In this document: positions 1-12,468 of the stretch, in pieces | Position numbering within the stretch: the first letter of the stretch is position 1 | Layout of the letters: the number at the start of each line of letters is the position of its first letter | Source: Paraglomus brasilianum | Lineage: Eukaryota | Direction: 5' to 3' | Assembly (NCBI GenBank): GCA_910592345.1 | Contig: CAJVPI010000219.1 | Coordinates: 1 to 41,569 of the forward strand | Length of the DNA stretch: 41,569 nt | The notes under the pieces: model-generated | The model's input: only the letters and a program-made list of their open reading frames with translations | Databases searched by the model: none | Told to the model about the DNA's origin: nothing | Position numbers and translations under genes: made by a program

Positions 1-69
1 CTATTCGATAAGAGGGGTGCGTTAGTGAATTTTATTGACAATCACAGCGTAATCAACTTAAAATCTTAC

Positions 70-573
70 CTCCTTGTAAGTGAGATAGCCATCGTTCTCT
101 CATCTGCTTGCCGTTCCGAGTAGGATGGTGTTTAGAGTTCGTTTCCCAGTTACTTGGGCCAAGTCTGCCTACTATGTCCAAAAGTATTTCATCCTCCTAT
201 AATCCCATTGGGAATGTAACGATAATAAAATAAATAAGACAAATCATTGATATATTGAATAGGACTCCAAAGTATACTGCATGTCACATTTACCTCAACA
301 GTCCAGTGTCCCTGTTTTAGTCCCGGCTTTGCTTTAGGCTTACAATTGTTATTGCAAACTGTATCACAATCTTCCGGCTTTATTTCCTCCTAAATCCATT
401 AAAATACATCAAATAGTAAGATATAGAACGAATTGTTTAAGACACCAGAGAAGAGTTGTATGTGTATTTACCATCTTATGATAGTTTTTAGGAACCATCA
501 GTGGCTTCCAAGGGTTGGACTCTTCAATTCTCTTGCGTGAACGATTAGATTTCTTTCCAGTAACTTTGCACAT
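70..573 (-). CDS. Myb/SANT-domain transcription factor, 5' part only (continues beyond left edge)
   Basis: Exons 573-472, 389-294 and 196-70 with GT-AG introns give MCKVTGKK...LKQGHWTVE/EDEILLDIVGRLGPSNWETNSKHHPTRNGKQMRERWLSHLQG, a Myb repeat with three spaced Trp. The next intron has a CTAAC branch point and ends in AG at positions 2-1. Confidence 0.9.
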
Positions 574-2069
574 GGTTGCTAATTGTAAGAGCAGGTTGTA
601 ATCTAAGATGAGTAATGTATTACTATTGTTATTATTTCTTTGATCCTCAATGATTGAGTGCTGATCAGTATCATCCTGCCGTTGAATTTATAGCTTTTCG
701 CAGGAAACGCAATTTTTTTTTTCAATATAAATTACTTCTAATGGATATCATTATTGTAATAATTCTTACCGAAAAGGGCAAACGGTTGAATAGAGTGAGT
801 GCGTTTAGGGGTAAAAATATGCAACAAATAAGTAAATAATGAAAGTAATATTCGAGCCGGTAGAAGGCATGCATACAAACATGGATCATCATTGTTTGTA
901 CGTGACTGCTCGCGTGACAGCAAATTATATATATTTGGAACAGCATATAAGTGTTCTCGTGAGCAAACGTTTATTCATTGGAAATAAACAACGCTGCGGT
1001 CGACCAGATGTCTTCAACTGCCGGGATTGGGACTGGGACTAGGACTGGGATTGGGACTTGAGGAATTTTCTTTGTAATCATCATCCCTGACATGGCTTTG
1101 CGAAAGCGAAACGATGTAGCCAAGAAAAGTTAGCCAAATCTTATTTTTTTCAGCCTCATTACAGTCTTCTGCTTGTTAATTTGTCAAGATGCACGTTCAT
1201 TGGACAGGAGACGGGAATGTATTGGCATTCAATTTTTTACCAAATATAGTATCTAGGCTCAACGAACTTGATGCATAAACATTTCTACCGGGAATTTTCG
1301 GGACATTACCTAAGACATCGTGTAATGTTTTCATGTCTTTCTTCTTTTTTCCTTTTTGGATAGTATGTACTGTGGCCAATGGACATTTAACATGTATTGG
1401 CTGTAATGTACCAATAAAGTTTATACATTCTAGAGATGATTTTTTCCACGAAATAAATGTCCGCTTTTGTTGACTCCGTACACATTCGTATGCTCTAATT
1501 GATGCAATTGTCTTGAATTGCAATGCATTGCGTCTTCATAAATGTATAGACTTATATGCCAGTCTACGGTAATACTGCTGCCACGTTGTGAGGTCGTACA
1601 ATTAATCAGATGATCGGATCACACATTAGATCGTATTTAAGATGATCATATTAAGAAATGCCCATTAGGACGGGAAAGTGATATTTACCGTCGATCTCGC
1701 ATGTGACTGAATGGCCATTGTCTAATTAGTACACGTACAAGTTAACAGTTGGTCCATATTCAAGTTTGTCGTTACCCAAACAGACCGTTCCAAGTATTCA
1801 CGAATGGAAAGTTGTTTGGGTTCTTCTTTTACTACTCATTTACAAGAAAATACGCTGAATAAACTTCCAATTTTAACCACAATTAATATTGTATAAATTG
1901 GGTAATAAAACAAAGAAAGTATAAAAAACATTAGGTTACAGTAAACACCAATGGTTATAACCAATAATCCCATGATCCAATTGTTGTGCATCTATTATTA
2001 TCACCAGTTCGTTGTTCGTTGTTGTTGTTAATAACATAATAATTAATTCAAACGGAAGACTAGTCCCGA

Positions 2070-2950
2070 TAATGCCCAATGCCGATCCATCACAAGACGG
2101 AAGTCTAGACACTGGACAGCGACAACACAGCTTTATCGCATCAAGTGTTATATTCTACTGAAGAACTCTCTCGATATCCAACAGGCACCTGACTTTGTGC
2201 GACAGAGAGCTAAAAGGCTCGGATACTGATATCAGTAGAACTAGTACTAGAGCATTAATGCTCACGGGCGAATTCCACGCAAACCATCTGCACAGCATTC
2301 GTTAAACAAACATCTTTGCTATCAACAATCGTAATGCACCAAGAGAGATTACCCTGCTACGAAGGCCGATTGCATTACTTGATAGACACCGATTTGCGCT
2401 CGTATATCATTAGCGATTAATGATTATGGCAACGCTGAATCTTGACCCTCGATAACAAAATGACTTTGAGAAGAAAAAGTGATATAATGGGAATCGGCTC
2501 AAGAATGCTTGAAATAAAACCCTCGAAATTGACATACCATGCACTTGTTGTCTAACAGTCAATATGATTTGGCATGATTAATTTTTACCATAGTCTGCCT
2601 GGTCCAACTTTACCGTATTGGAAACAGACAATGTCCAAACTGGCACTTCACAAACCGGATGATAATCTTGGTAAAGCATTAGAAATCCAACCGGAAAAAG
2701 AGTACCGAAATTATCTAACGAAGAGAGGTATAACTGATTTGAACAGAGGCAATTGAGAATGCATGAATCGTTCAGTTCGGAGGGCAGAAACATGTCATAA
2801 GAAATGCGCTACTAACTTACGTTAGCATTGAATATTAGATGTCAAGGATATCAAGAACTAGATCGATTGGGCGAGACACATGCCAATACAGACCTTTATG
2901 ATTACTGTCGGAGAAATGTTTAATAGGCTGACCTGTGAACGCTTATCTTA
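2070..2950 (+). pseudogene. Decayed TPR-repeat gene, relic paralogue of 9849-12032
   Basis: Collinear fragments LTLCDR (~2189), RALMLTGEFH (2249-2278), QYDLA (~2560) and NLGKALEIQPE..YLTKRG..TDLNR (~2663-2750) parallel TTLCNR, RALLLAGEYC, KYDLA and HLNKAIELNP..LSRRG..TDLNN in the intact gene. Many frameshifts and stops; boundaries approximate. Confidence 0.6.
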
Positions 2951-3301
2951 TACAATCCAATACAATAGTTATACCAAAAGGCAGTAGACTGTGATGCGGA
3001 CTCTCTTTTTTTAGTGTTCTCAAGTATTTCACAAGTAGTCTTTTTTTTTATTCTAAATTTCTTGTACAAGAGGTATGACACATCGCTGATACCTCAGAGT
3101 TCTACATCAAACTCCAGATTAATTCGGACATGTATCCGAAAGTCCTTGATTCAACCAACGCACAGCGTTCGTTATTATTAAAACATTATACGCGGTTAAG
3201 GAATGCTGAGATAACAAACAAACAAACATGTCTATTACTAACGCAGTCATACAGTTGAAATAGTACGCGTGAATTGAATTGTTCATTCTTAATTGTTCAA
3301 A

Positions 3302-6063
3302 TTATTCATAGTCGTACACATAGCCATCATCCCCATCATGAAGTAATGTAACTGTAGAAACGTATATGTTAGTGAAATGTACTACAAGTATGAGTTACTC
3401 GACATTGCCATTTTTCACAAATTTCGTCAACATACCACTACTAAATTCTTCAAACGGGTTCTCCCCCTCCGTTGGCGTAATAATAGTATCTCTGTCGATA
3501 TCTATGCTACTTGAATCTTGAATATTTCTAAAGTTGACTGCATCAGCACCATGTCCTTGTTGTGGGATTATTGGAGGTTGACAATGTCGAAGAAGAGCCC
3601 ATTGGGTGTTCTTAAAAAATGGATGAGCCTTGACATCAGACGCTCCTGCCCTAGAGCCAAGTCGACGATTCTCATCCTTACATAGAAGCTTGCGTATCAA
3701 TGATTTACATAGACTATATTGGTTTCGTAAGAATGGGGCGTTAGCAATCACGGAAAAAAGTGTTGGCGATGATAAGCTACCTATCTGTCATTTACTCGAT
3801 TTCTACCTTGAAATTTGTTGATATCCTCCATGCTCAGGGAACATGACCTCATTTCGCATTATGTTTACGAACGTGACATCTCGAGTCGCACCCTTGAACG
3901 GTGTGAAACCGTACTGAATATAAAAAAATTCACGTAATTTGACCAGTTAATTGCTTGAGTCGAAATCTGATTGTGAATACTATATAAAAGGATGATTTAC
4001 CAGCATTTCATATATTAAAATACCCAACGTCCACCAATCCACTGCACTCGTATGGCCACAACCTTCAATAACTAGAACAGGAAAATAAATGTAGTGTACT
4101 GATGTGTCAGATAATAACAGCATGATTTCCTATACACACCTTCCGGAGCAATGTATTCTGTCATAACATTAGATTACAGACTGCATTAGTCACATACAAT
4201 TTCTTTTACTATTATATTTGATGCACATAACAAGGAATTCCCATCCAACTGACCTTCTGTTCCGACAAAAGAGTTTGTTCGCAGATTAGCAATACACGAC
4301 TTTGTGTCTATTGAAGGCGGCTAATTTACGATAGAATAACAGATTAAGCGGTTAGAATTAATGATCAATTAACTGCCAATGTGTCATGATGCAAACTTTA
4401 GTTACCAAATTGGCCGGGCCTCCTTTTACAATGCCCGGCATATTTGCCGGATGCGATTGTTTAGATAGATCAAAATCTGATAACATTATATGCCCCGATT
4501 GGTGTAACAATATGTCTAGGATAATTCGTACCGCATACAGATTAGTAATCAAATCGGGTGTCTCGTTAATAGAGCATCGACCGACTCACTTTCAGGCTTA
4601 AGATCTCTGTATATGAAGCCCATTAGATGCAAATATTCTAACGCTGCAATGACTTCAGCTGCATAGAATTTGGCGTCTTGCTCAAGTAGACATTTTCCTG
4701 GACGAGACTGTAATGCTATTTTGAAAGTATCAGAAAAAGCGTGGTGAGTTACGACGAACGTGTAATATTTATACTACAATCAACATGTCAAAATTTTAGA
4801 TTCACCTCTAAAAAACTCGCCGCCCATGCAATATTCCATACATAAATACAAATATTCTTCACTCTGAAACGAATGATATAACGGTACAATGAACGGATGA
4901 TTCAGAGTTGACAGAATTTCCTATTTAAAAGACGAGTTGTAGAATAATACGATGTTAACGATACAAGAACCTGACGACGACGATGACAATAGAATCATTA
5001 TTATTATAGTAAACGTATTCAATATGTTATCAAAACAAGCATCCATATTTCATTCTATAGTATATTGCACTTTTAACGTAAAATCACTCAATCAACCTAT
5101 GATGTCCCATCTCCTACTAAACGAAACGTAACTCCACTTGGCTCGGACACTAATACTGACATAATAATCTTGATGACCATTCTCACCTGTTCGGCAAGTG
5201 CTCGTTTGATCTTCTTCCGTTTGATCATTTCCTTCTTTGAGAGAACTGACGTCAAAAAAAAAAGTAAAAATCAGGTTAATGACTAATCAGATTAAAATTT
5301 GATTCATTTGAACGAGCCATAAAACCACACTCGAAGTTACTAATTAATCAATCGGTCGGTCAGTCAGTAGTCAGTCACCTTTCCTCCCTTTAAATAGCAT
5401 TCATCCTTTACCTTTCATTGCAAATAACTTATGCGACTTCTTCTCGCTCACCAAATAAACCTTTCCAACATCGCCTTTTCCAAGTAGCTTTATTTTATGA
5501 AAACTATTCGGCCCAACTTCTACGCTTCGTATCTTTATCGAATTCGATGAATACGTTCTTTTAAATATGCTCGCTCTTTTGACTACTTTTTCTGCTGGCA
5601 TACTAATATCGTGCGCCATTCTATTGTCATTTTGATTGTTACTACTGTAACCTTCGCTAGGTGTATTATCTTGACCACTCTGTGTATTACTATCTACATT
5701 TGTGCTTTCAGACGATTCAACAGCTTTAGTGTTTGGAGCAGATGCAACTCGCCTTAGTTTCTGGTTATGCTTTGGTTCTTTAAGAAACCATGGCCCAAGA
5801 GTTCTGCTCTTTTCCGGATGTTGATGGTTGGAGCGACTCGATGTACCATTAACACTTCTGCTTCCTGATATCCTCTCTGGTGCCGATGAGGCTAGTGAAG
5901 TAGTTGACTCCATAGGATCTTTCTTATGTCCAGAAGTACTTAATCGGAATATTGATCTCAATTTAGATGGGAATTGTGATACGTGCGATGGTGCAGGTGA
6001 TGTGATAACTGAAGAACGGGATGAGTGAGCGGTTGAGGAAGAAAAGGGGTACTCAGCCAGCAT
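3302..6063 (-). CDS. AGC-family Ser/Thr kinase, FPK1/KIN82/nrc-2 (flippase kinase) type, ~550 aa, 11 exons
   Basis: Exons 6063-5412, 5245-5187, 4920-4806, 4715-4590, 4515-4406, 4320-4254, 4157-4140, 4071-4001, 3913-3807, 3713-3436 and 3351-3302 are all in phase. Motifs [22 protein letters not shown] (DFD for DFG), [32 protein letters not shown]. Confidence 0.93.
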
Positions 6064-8448
6064 TTGATTTTCAGCAAGTCAGTGGTGATGTCTAAGAGGT
6101 TAGGCGTGCTGTGATATAGTCTGGGAGAATAAAACGGTTGCAAAGACAGGAAATCAGTGAGCTCTGAGAAGATAATAAAATAGATGACATGAGCGTGTGT
6201 GATTTCCTTCCTACTTGTACTTTACCTTCCTCACCTCTAGCTACTATTGTTGTTGCTGTAGCTGTTGCGTGTCGCTATTGTCGTAGCTATAGCTGTAGGT
6301 GTAATTTGTAACTGTTGCCGTCGATGCCGATGCTGTGGCAGATTTTTCTTGTATTTTGATTTAACTGCTTCTCGATGTCCGTTAAAATAGGATGGTGCAT
6401 TCCAACAATGTACAGATTTATACAATAGAATATACACAAGTTCTCATAGAGAAAAAGAACTTTGATGGATTAATTGGGGGTTTTGTTCTAGCAAAATGGT
6501 TATTTTTAATGATTTAAAGAGGAGTTGGTTATTTTGGAGTAGAAGTTGCGTCAATCCTGCAATTGCTCAGTGATCTCTTGCGGCAAAGTGCTAACAGAAC
6601 GAATATGAGAGCAATTATAGAAAGAATGAATGGAAGCGAACGTGCAGCGGAGTGGTAAAAACAGGATAAATGTAGGAAAGCAAGTCGATGTTGTAAGTTG
6701 TCGTCGTAAGTTGTCGAGCTATTACTATGCTATGGGGGCAATCGTAAATAGCAGAACAGATAGACACTAGTACTAGTAATGATTGGATGGCCATGCAGCT
6801 GGAAGTTACACATCTCATGGTTGATTTGCTATTTCTGATTGCAGAATCGGAACATAAATCCCCCCTTCGTGAAACAAAACACGATTCATTCGATGGACTT
6901 TTTTTTAAAAAAATCGATGAGCATCACGAGAAAAGACGTTGAGCATGCTCTACTATTGTTTGCTTTGTGACCTTGCCTGTCGGCCTCCATGTATCATCTG
7001 TTTCATCATCACAAAAATTCGTAGACATCGTAAGCGGTTGGAATAAATTTATATTTACTCGCCGATACCTTTTTATTTTTATTGTTGCATATATTTTGTT
7101 TAATGTTACAATAAACATTATTAAGACGTGTAGAAGATTCGCCAAATGCAACTGCTCGTTACCGTGTAAATATTAATATATCCTGTGCTTAACCTGGATG
7201 CATAGTGGTCACTAATAAATCAAGATGTACACCTGACAATCTAGATTACGTTATGTTGTGTATGCTCGGACTGGAAGATTAAAGAAAATTCCTCACGAGT
7301 CATTTAATTAATAGATTTCTGATCACTCGTTTATTGAAAGATTAGATTAGACTGATAGATAAGATCGTGCAAATCAAATCAAAGATTACGCAGCGTACTC
7401 AAGACGTTCAGTACGTGCTTCTCCGGTCACCATTCCGAAATAATAATGTCCCTTAATATTAAGGTTTTCCTTGTTGAGGTATGTTCCAAATTGGCGAATG
7501 TAAATCACTATAAATCACGTGTATCAATTCTGATAGTATACATAGTTAATCCCGTTAAACCGGGAACATAGGTGGGAAATGCTATTAAAGTTATCAAAAA
7601 TAGACAATAAAGCTTGACTGATTTGTAAACAAACAACCATACGAGATTGCCCTGTAACACGATTTGCTGAATTGGCAGAGCATATGTTATGATCGATTTC
7701 CCGACAACTCTTTAAGGATTCAATAACATACCATATCTTTCTGATTTGCAGAGATGACCTTAGCATTATCTACTAATGCAGTATCAATTGTTGCCTTACC
7801 AACACGCCCATCGGAAATATCCTTCCTTGTCAGTATCTTTCAAGAACTATAGGATTTTCATTCAACCCGTTTAATTAATAATACCAAGGTAGCTACTATT
7901 GACAATGTAACTAATTTATGGGAAAGATGCCTTCAAATTATGATCGCAACTGGCTCACCAGTTCAACAAAATTTTTATTTGAAGCTACATGATAATTTCA
8001 AGAGAGAAAACCCAAACTTTATGTTAAGGCTGAAGCTCGACTTTACAGCAATATCTAAAAACAGCGCATTGGCATAAATGGTTTGACGATAATTGAGAGC
8101 TCAAAAAGGTCTATGTATTTTGCACATTGCACGTTTGTTAAGACAGATATCACATGAACCTATCAAATTCTAAATGCACACCCTCTACAAAATGAACGCT
8201 TTACGGATTTATTCCTGCTCGAGTTAAAAGTTCATTATTATTATACTGTACATACAGTATGTGTCATGGCATTGGTTTAACAATTGTGACAGAATATTAA
8301 AATTCTATTATATCGAACATCGTTAATAACTACACCGTTTGTATAATATTAAAGTTTTCGCTAATATGGCGCGATATTACAAAACAGTGTCAGCACATGA
8401 AATTATGCCAAGGAAATAATTTTGAATGTGGTATCATCTTCACAACTA

Positions 8449-8849
8449 CCGTATAGCACTGGTTATAATGCCCCCTTGTTTAGTACTGGATCTTATACCA
8501 GTCCGTTCTACAACTATGAAGTATATAATTAATATTGCTGTAAATCGCTTATGAAAGATATATTTATTTCAAAACATTGATGTTAAGACTGATTTCTGAA
8601 CACGTCTATTAATCATCATCCCAATTGTTGACAAAATCTATCGTATAATCATTTTCAATCTCTAACATCAACATTATTTGAATTATAAGATCATTGCTGG
8701 TACTGTGCATAATCAAGATTATCTTATTGATATCCCGCAGCAATTTTTATCATATTAAAGAGAATGCTAAAAGTATACAAAGTTCTCTTTTTAAATTAAT
8801 TCCCTAATGTACCACCTGGTATAGTATCCCCAGAACCAGTGCTATACGG
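8449..8849. mobile_element. Tc1/mariner-type MITE, 401 bp
   Basis: Perfect 16-bp TIR ccgtatagcactggtt (8449-8464) / aaccagtgctatacgg (8834-8849), TA on both flanks, non-coding interior. Confidence 0.85.
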
Positions 8850-9848
8850 TATTTAATAGTAATTAGTATTCCATCACCTTAATAACGCATGTAAGTTGGC
8901 GAAATGTGATGTCTATAAACGTACTTTGATAGCATCAACAATTGCTGAAATTAAGAGAACCTTTAAAGCGATTATAAGTGCCATTACCCCCAATCGTACC
9001 TAAGCCTATCGAATCAATCCCCATCGATAGGAGTAGAGGCAGTCACTGCATAACGAACGTAAGAGTCGTTAGTATAGAAATCAAAACTAAGGTTAATTAT
9101 AAGTTTAGCAGAGTAGAGGTATTGCCAGCCTCGTTTGAAGAAGTTAAATCTCAAGGTTAAACACCAAGAACAAGGCCTGCGTCACGTGTATAAAATTAAA
9201 ACACACAGATAGCGCATTTTTAATAATTCCGCCATTTTAGGATAAACAAAGACAGCGATGTTTCTCATTGAATTTCATTCTGACTCCAAGACAAAGAAAT
9301 CAGAGGTGCTCGATGTCAGAAGAGACGCCATCAGCAACTAACGCTAAGAAATATCAGCGTGAGGTTCTAATCCCGATAGAGTACTGGCCAACTGTATTAA
9401 TCAAAAAGATATTCGATAATGCCATAATAATAATGATATCAATATTTGCATAGCTAAATACATAGCAATAGAGACAACTCTATATCACTATCCCATAACT
9501 TTCTAGCCAAACCTATGTTTGCTGATGTGTTCGCCTCATATTAAATTCACGCCATTGTGTGTAGAACGTCTCCCAACATGGGGAGATCTAATATTGGTTT
9601 GGGACAATTCTGATTAAAAATTAGGTGGTGGCACAAATGTCGTAATGTCGATCAGATTCCCTTTTAGTACTTGTAGAATGAATAAAAGTCGATGCGCCTC
9701 GGAACAACAGGACGAACTCAATTTAACGCACGGAATCAAAAGACAATTGAGCCTTGGTAAACAAATAGATATATTACATACAAAAAACTTCTCCAAGCAT
9801 TAATTAACGCCGACTGAATAGCTTTCAGCGACTATTATCTACAATACA

Positions 9849-12032
9849 ATGCCGTCAGATTCACCCATATCGATCGATGTGAAGGCGTACCTTCAAGTAA
9901 AAGACACTAATCCACCAGACTATTCGGATCTCCAGAAACTCCCATTCGGTAAGAAATTCAATATGGATTTTATGCGCAAATCAACTCATCCGTCCCGCGC
10001 AAAGGGAGAACAGGAATATAAACAAGGAAACTATGCAAATGCAATCGATTATCTCTCAGAAGCACTCGAACACAACAGAAACAGCTACACTACCCTTTGC
10101 AACAGAGCAATGGCACACGCTGCAACGAAAAACTTGGCTGCTGCGTTCGACGACTTGAACGTTGCAATCGCTATGAGGCCAAATGAATCGCGAGCCCTTT
10201 TGCTTGCAGGAGAATATTGCCGCATTGCTCATATGTACCAGACCGCATTACGTTGTCTGAATAAAGCATTAGAATTTGACCTGTTTAGTAAACATTTATG
10301 GAATAGTAGAGGCGCAACTTACTATGCATTAGGTAAACACCAGAAAGCAACTGACGATTTCAACCGAGCTCTCGTACTCAAACTATCCGACAAGTTTGCG
10401 CTGAGGAAATTAGCTGAAATGAATCAGAGTATTGGGTCATATTCGGTTGCAATATCTAATTTTAACAAGCTCCTTGCAGTTGATCCAGATAATAATCGAG
10501 CACTTTACCTACGAGGAGACTGTTTATCAAAATCTGGACAATTGCAAGCGGCGCTGGCCGATTTTAACAAAGCACTCTCGTCCAATCCGAACGACATCAA
10601 GACCTTGTTTAGTAGAGGGAGCGCATACAAAACACTCGCACTTTATCCGCAGTCACTGGACGATTTTAATCTCATCCTACAATTAGACAATAATAACTCG
10701 CATGCTCTAAGAGCGCGTGCCGACGCATATAGACTAATGGGCAGAAACACCGAGGCGCTGAATGATCTAAACACTGCGTTGGAAGTAGGCACAGACCATG
10801 CAGAAGTATTGTTTGAGAGAGGCAGATTGTACAAAGAAATGAAAAAATACGACTTGGCGGTCAAAGACCTGCGTAATGCCATCGTTGAAAACCCCAAACA
10901 CTCCCGTGCATTAGCTCATCTAGGGGACACATATAGGTTTCTAGGCGAGGTCGATGTGGCGCTTTCCCATCTCAACAAGGCAATCGAACTGAATCCAAGT
11001 GACACGTTTGCGTTAAGTAGACGAGGAGACTTGTATCGAATGACTGGAAAAGATGACTTGGCATTAACCGATCTTAACAACTGTTTCACCATTCAATCAA
11101 ATGACGCGTTTGCACTCAGATCACGTGGGGCATATTACAAAAATCATAACCAACCGGACATTGCTCTCTCTGATTTCACACGTGCGTTGGAATTGGAACC
11201 AAACGATGCATACGCATTAAGAAACAGAGGCGATATATACAGACGATTGCAACTGTATGACAAAGCGTTTGCAGATTTGAGTCTATCATTAGAAATAGAA
11301 CCAAATAACAATTTTGCACTTGTTGTATTTGGATCCGTCTGTTGCACATTGAAGAAATATTCTTTGGCCATGAAACATCTGACTCAGGCTATCAAGAATG
11401 ATTCAACGAATTCGTTGGCTTATACTTACAGAGGAGAAGCGTATTGCCTATTAGGGAGTTTTGACGAGGCATTGACAGACCTGAATAGAGCATTGGAAAT
11501 CAATCCTACAAATGTCTATGCATTGACCATAAAGGGAGATCTTTACACTGAACTTGACACGTATGAGAAGGCGTTGGAATGCTACTACGCAGTATTGAAG
11601 TTGAGGCCAAATGATGCCTATGCATCACAATCAGTTGACAAAGTTAAATTGTTACAAATACAGGAAAAGAACTTGGGCATAAGAGAGACGAATGGCATAG
11701 CGGAAGAAGTTACCGAAAGGGCTAATGTAAAGGCAAATAAGAACGTTGGTGCGAAAGCGGGCACGCGTAGTGTTGAGAATTTTGTTGCAGATGCGGGCGA
11801 GACTGTGGTTAAGAGTGTGGGCAAGACTGTGGATGAGAGCATGGGCGCGAACGTGGATGACAGCGTGGTTGGGAGTGTAGACAAGACAGTGGTTGAGACT
11901 GTCGGTGTGAATGCAAGTGAGAATCTGGGCGAGAATCTGGGCGAGAATCTGGGCGAGAATCTGGGCGAGAGTATGGACAATAGGCTTGTCAATAATGGGG
12001 AGATAACGAACATTACATCCATGGCCGAGTGA
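9849..12032 (+). CDS. Intronless multi-TPR protein (about 16 TPR units) with low-complexity C-terminal tail, 727 aa
   Basis: Single ORF with 34-aa periodic A-L-x-x-R-G...A-L-x-D-x-N-x-A-L-x-x-x-P pattern. Confidence 0.93.
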   Translation: MPSDSPISIDVKAYLQVKDTNPPDYSDLQKLPFGKKFNMDFMRKSTHPSRAKGEQEYKQGNYANAIDYLSEALEHNRNSYTTLCNRAMAHAATKNLAAAFDDLNVAIAMRPNESRALLLAGEYCRIAHMYQTALRCLNKALEFDLFSKHLWNSRGATYYALGKHQKATDDFNRALVLKLSDKFALRKLAEMNQSIGSYSVAISNFNKLLAVDPDNNRALYLRGDCLSKSGQLQAALADFNKALSSNPNDIKTLFSRGSAYKTLALYPQSLDDFNLILQLDNNNSHALRARADAYRLMGRNTEALNDLNTALEVGTDHAEVLFERGRLYKEMKKYDLAVKDLRNAIVENPKHSRALAHLGDTYRFLGEVDVALSHLNKAIELNPSDTFALSRRGDLYRMTGKDDLALTDLNNCFTIQSNDAFALRSRGAYYKNHNQPDIALSDFTRALELEPNDAYALRNRGDIYRRLQLYDKAFADLSLSLEIEPNNNFALVVFGSVCCTLKKYSLAMKHLTQAIKNDSTNSLAYTYRGEAYCLLGSFDEALTDLNRALEINPTNVYALTIKGDLYTELDTYEKALECYYAVLKLRPNDAYASQSVDKVKLLQIQEKNLGIRETNGIAEEVTERANVKANKNVGAKAGTRSVENFVADAGETVVKSVGKTVDESMGANVDDSVVGSVDKTVVETVGVNASENLGENLGENLGENLGESMDNRLVNNGEITNITSMAE
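11919..11970 (+). repeat. 12-bp coding tandem repeat (gagaatctgggc) x4.3 encoding ENLG
   Basis: Four perfect copies, embedded in a longer degenerate 4-aa periodic tail. Confidence 0.95.
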
Positions 12033-12468
12033 TCAGAAACTGCCAGGGTGATCGCGGGAGTGAAATGTAAAGATCCTAATGAATCAAATGACGGACTTGA
12101 GATGAGAAGAATGTTCTTCTTGTTATAATTACCGATCTGTGCATTTTATTAAATACGATTGTATACTTATTGTGTTTTTATGCATTTATTATTATCGCAT
12201 TCATTATCACACGGGTTTTATGCATTGAAAACTATATAGTTATTCATGATAAGAAGACGTGCTATGAAAAGGTTTAAATAGTAATAATTCTATTATCATC
12301 ATATATTATACGCATGTGTGTCCGCACTTTTATATTATGTAGTAAAAACTACAGATCAGTCTATAGGATCAATATTAATTAATAAGCCTCTCAACTACAT
12401 CAACTGATCGTTAATAAAATATCGGATATTTCAACTCAATTATCTATTAGCTATTCCATTTTAACGAC

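Noticed and set aside
7500..8150. Coding-like stretch with partly open frames
   Set aside because: No recognisable motif; could be a decayed TE or gene but cannot be assigned.
8243..8260. Near-palindrome atactgtacatacagtat resembling a Tc1 excision footprint
   Set aside because: Too short to distinguish from chance in AT-rich DNA.
8880..9800. Short ORFs and splice-like signals upstream of the TPR gene
   Set aside because: Could not assemble a consistent spliced model.
11618..12022. 134-aa antisense ORF with FSPR repeats
   Set aside because: Shadow of the stop-poor repetitive TPR tail.
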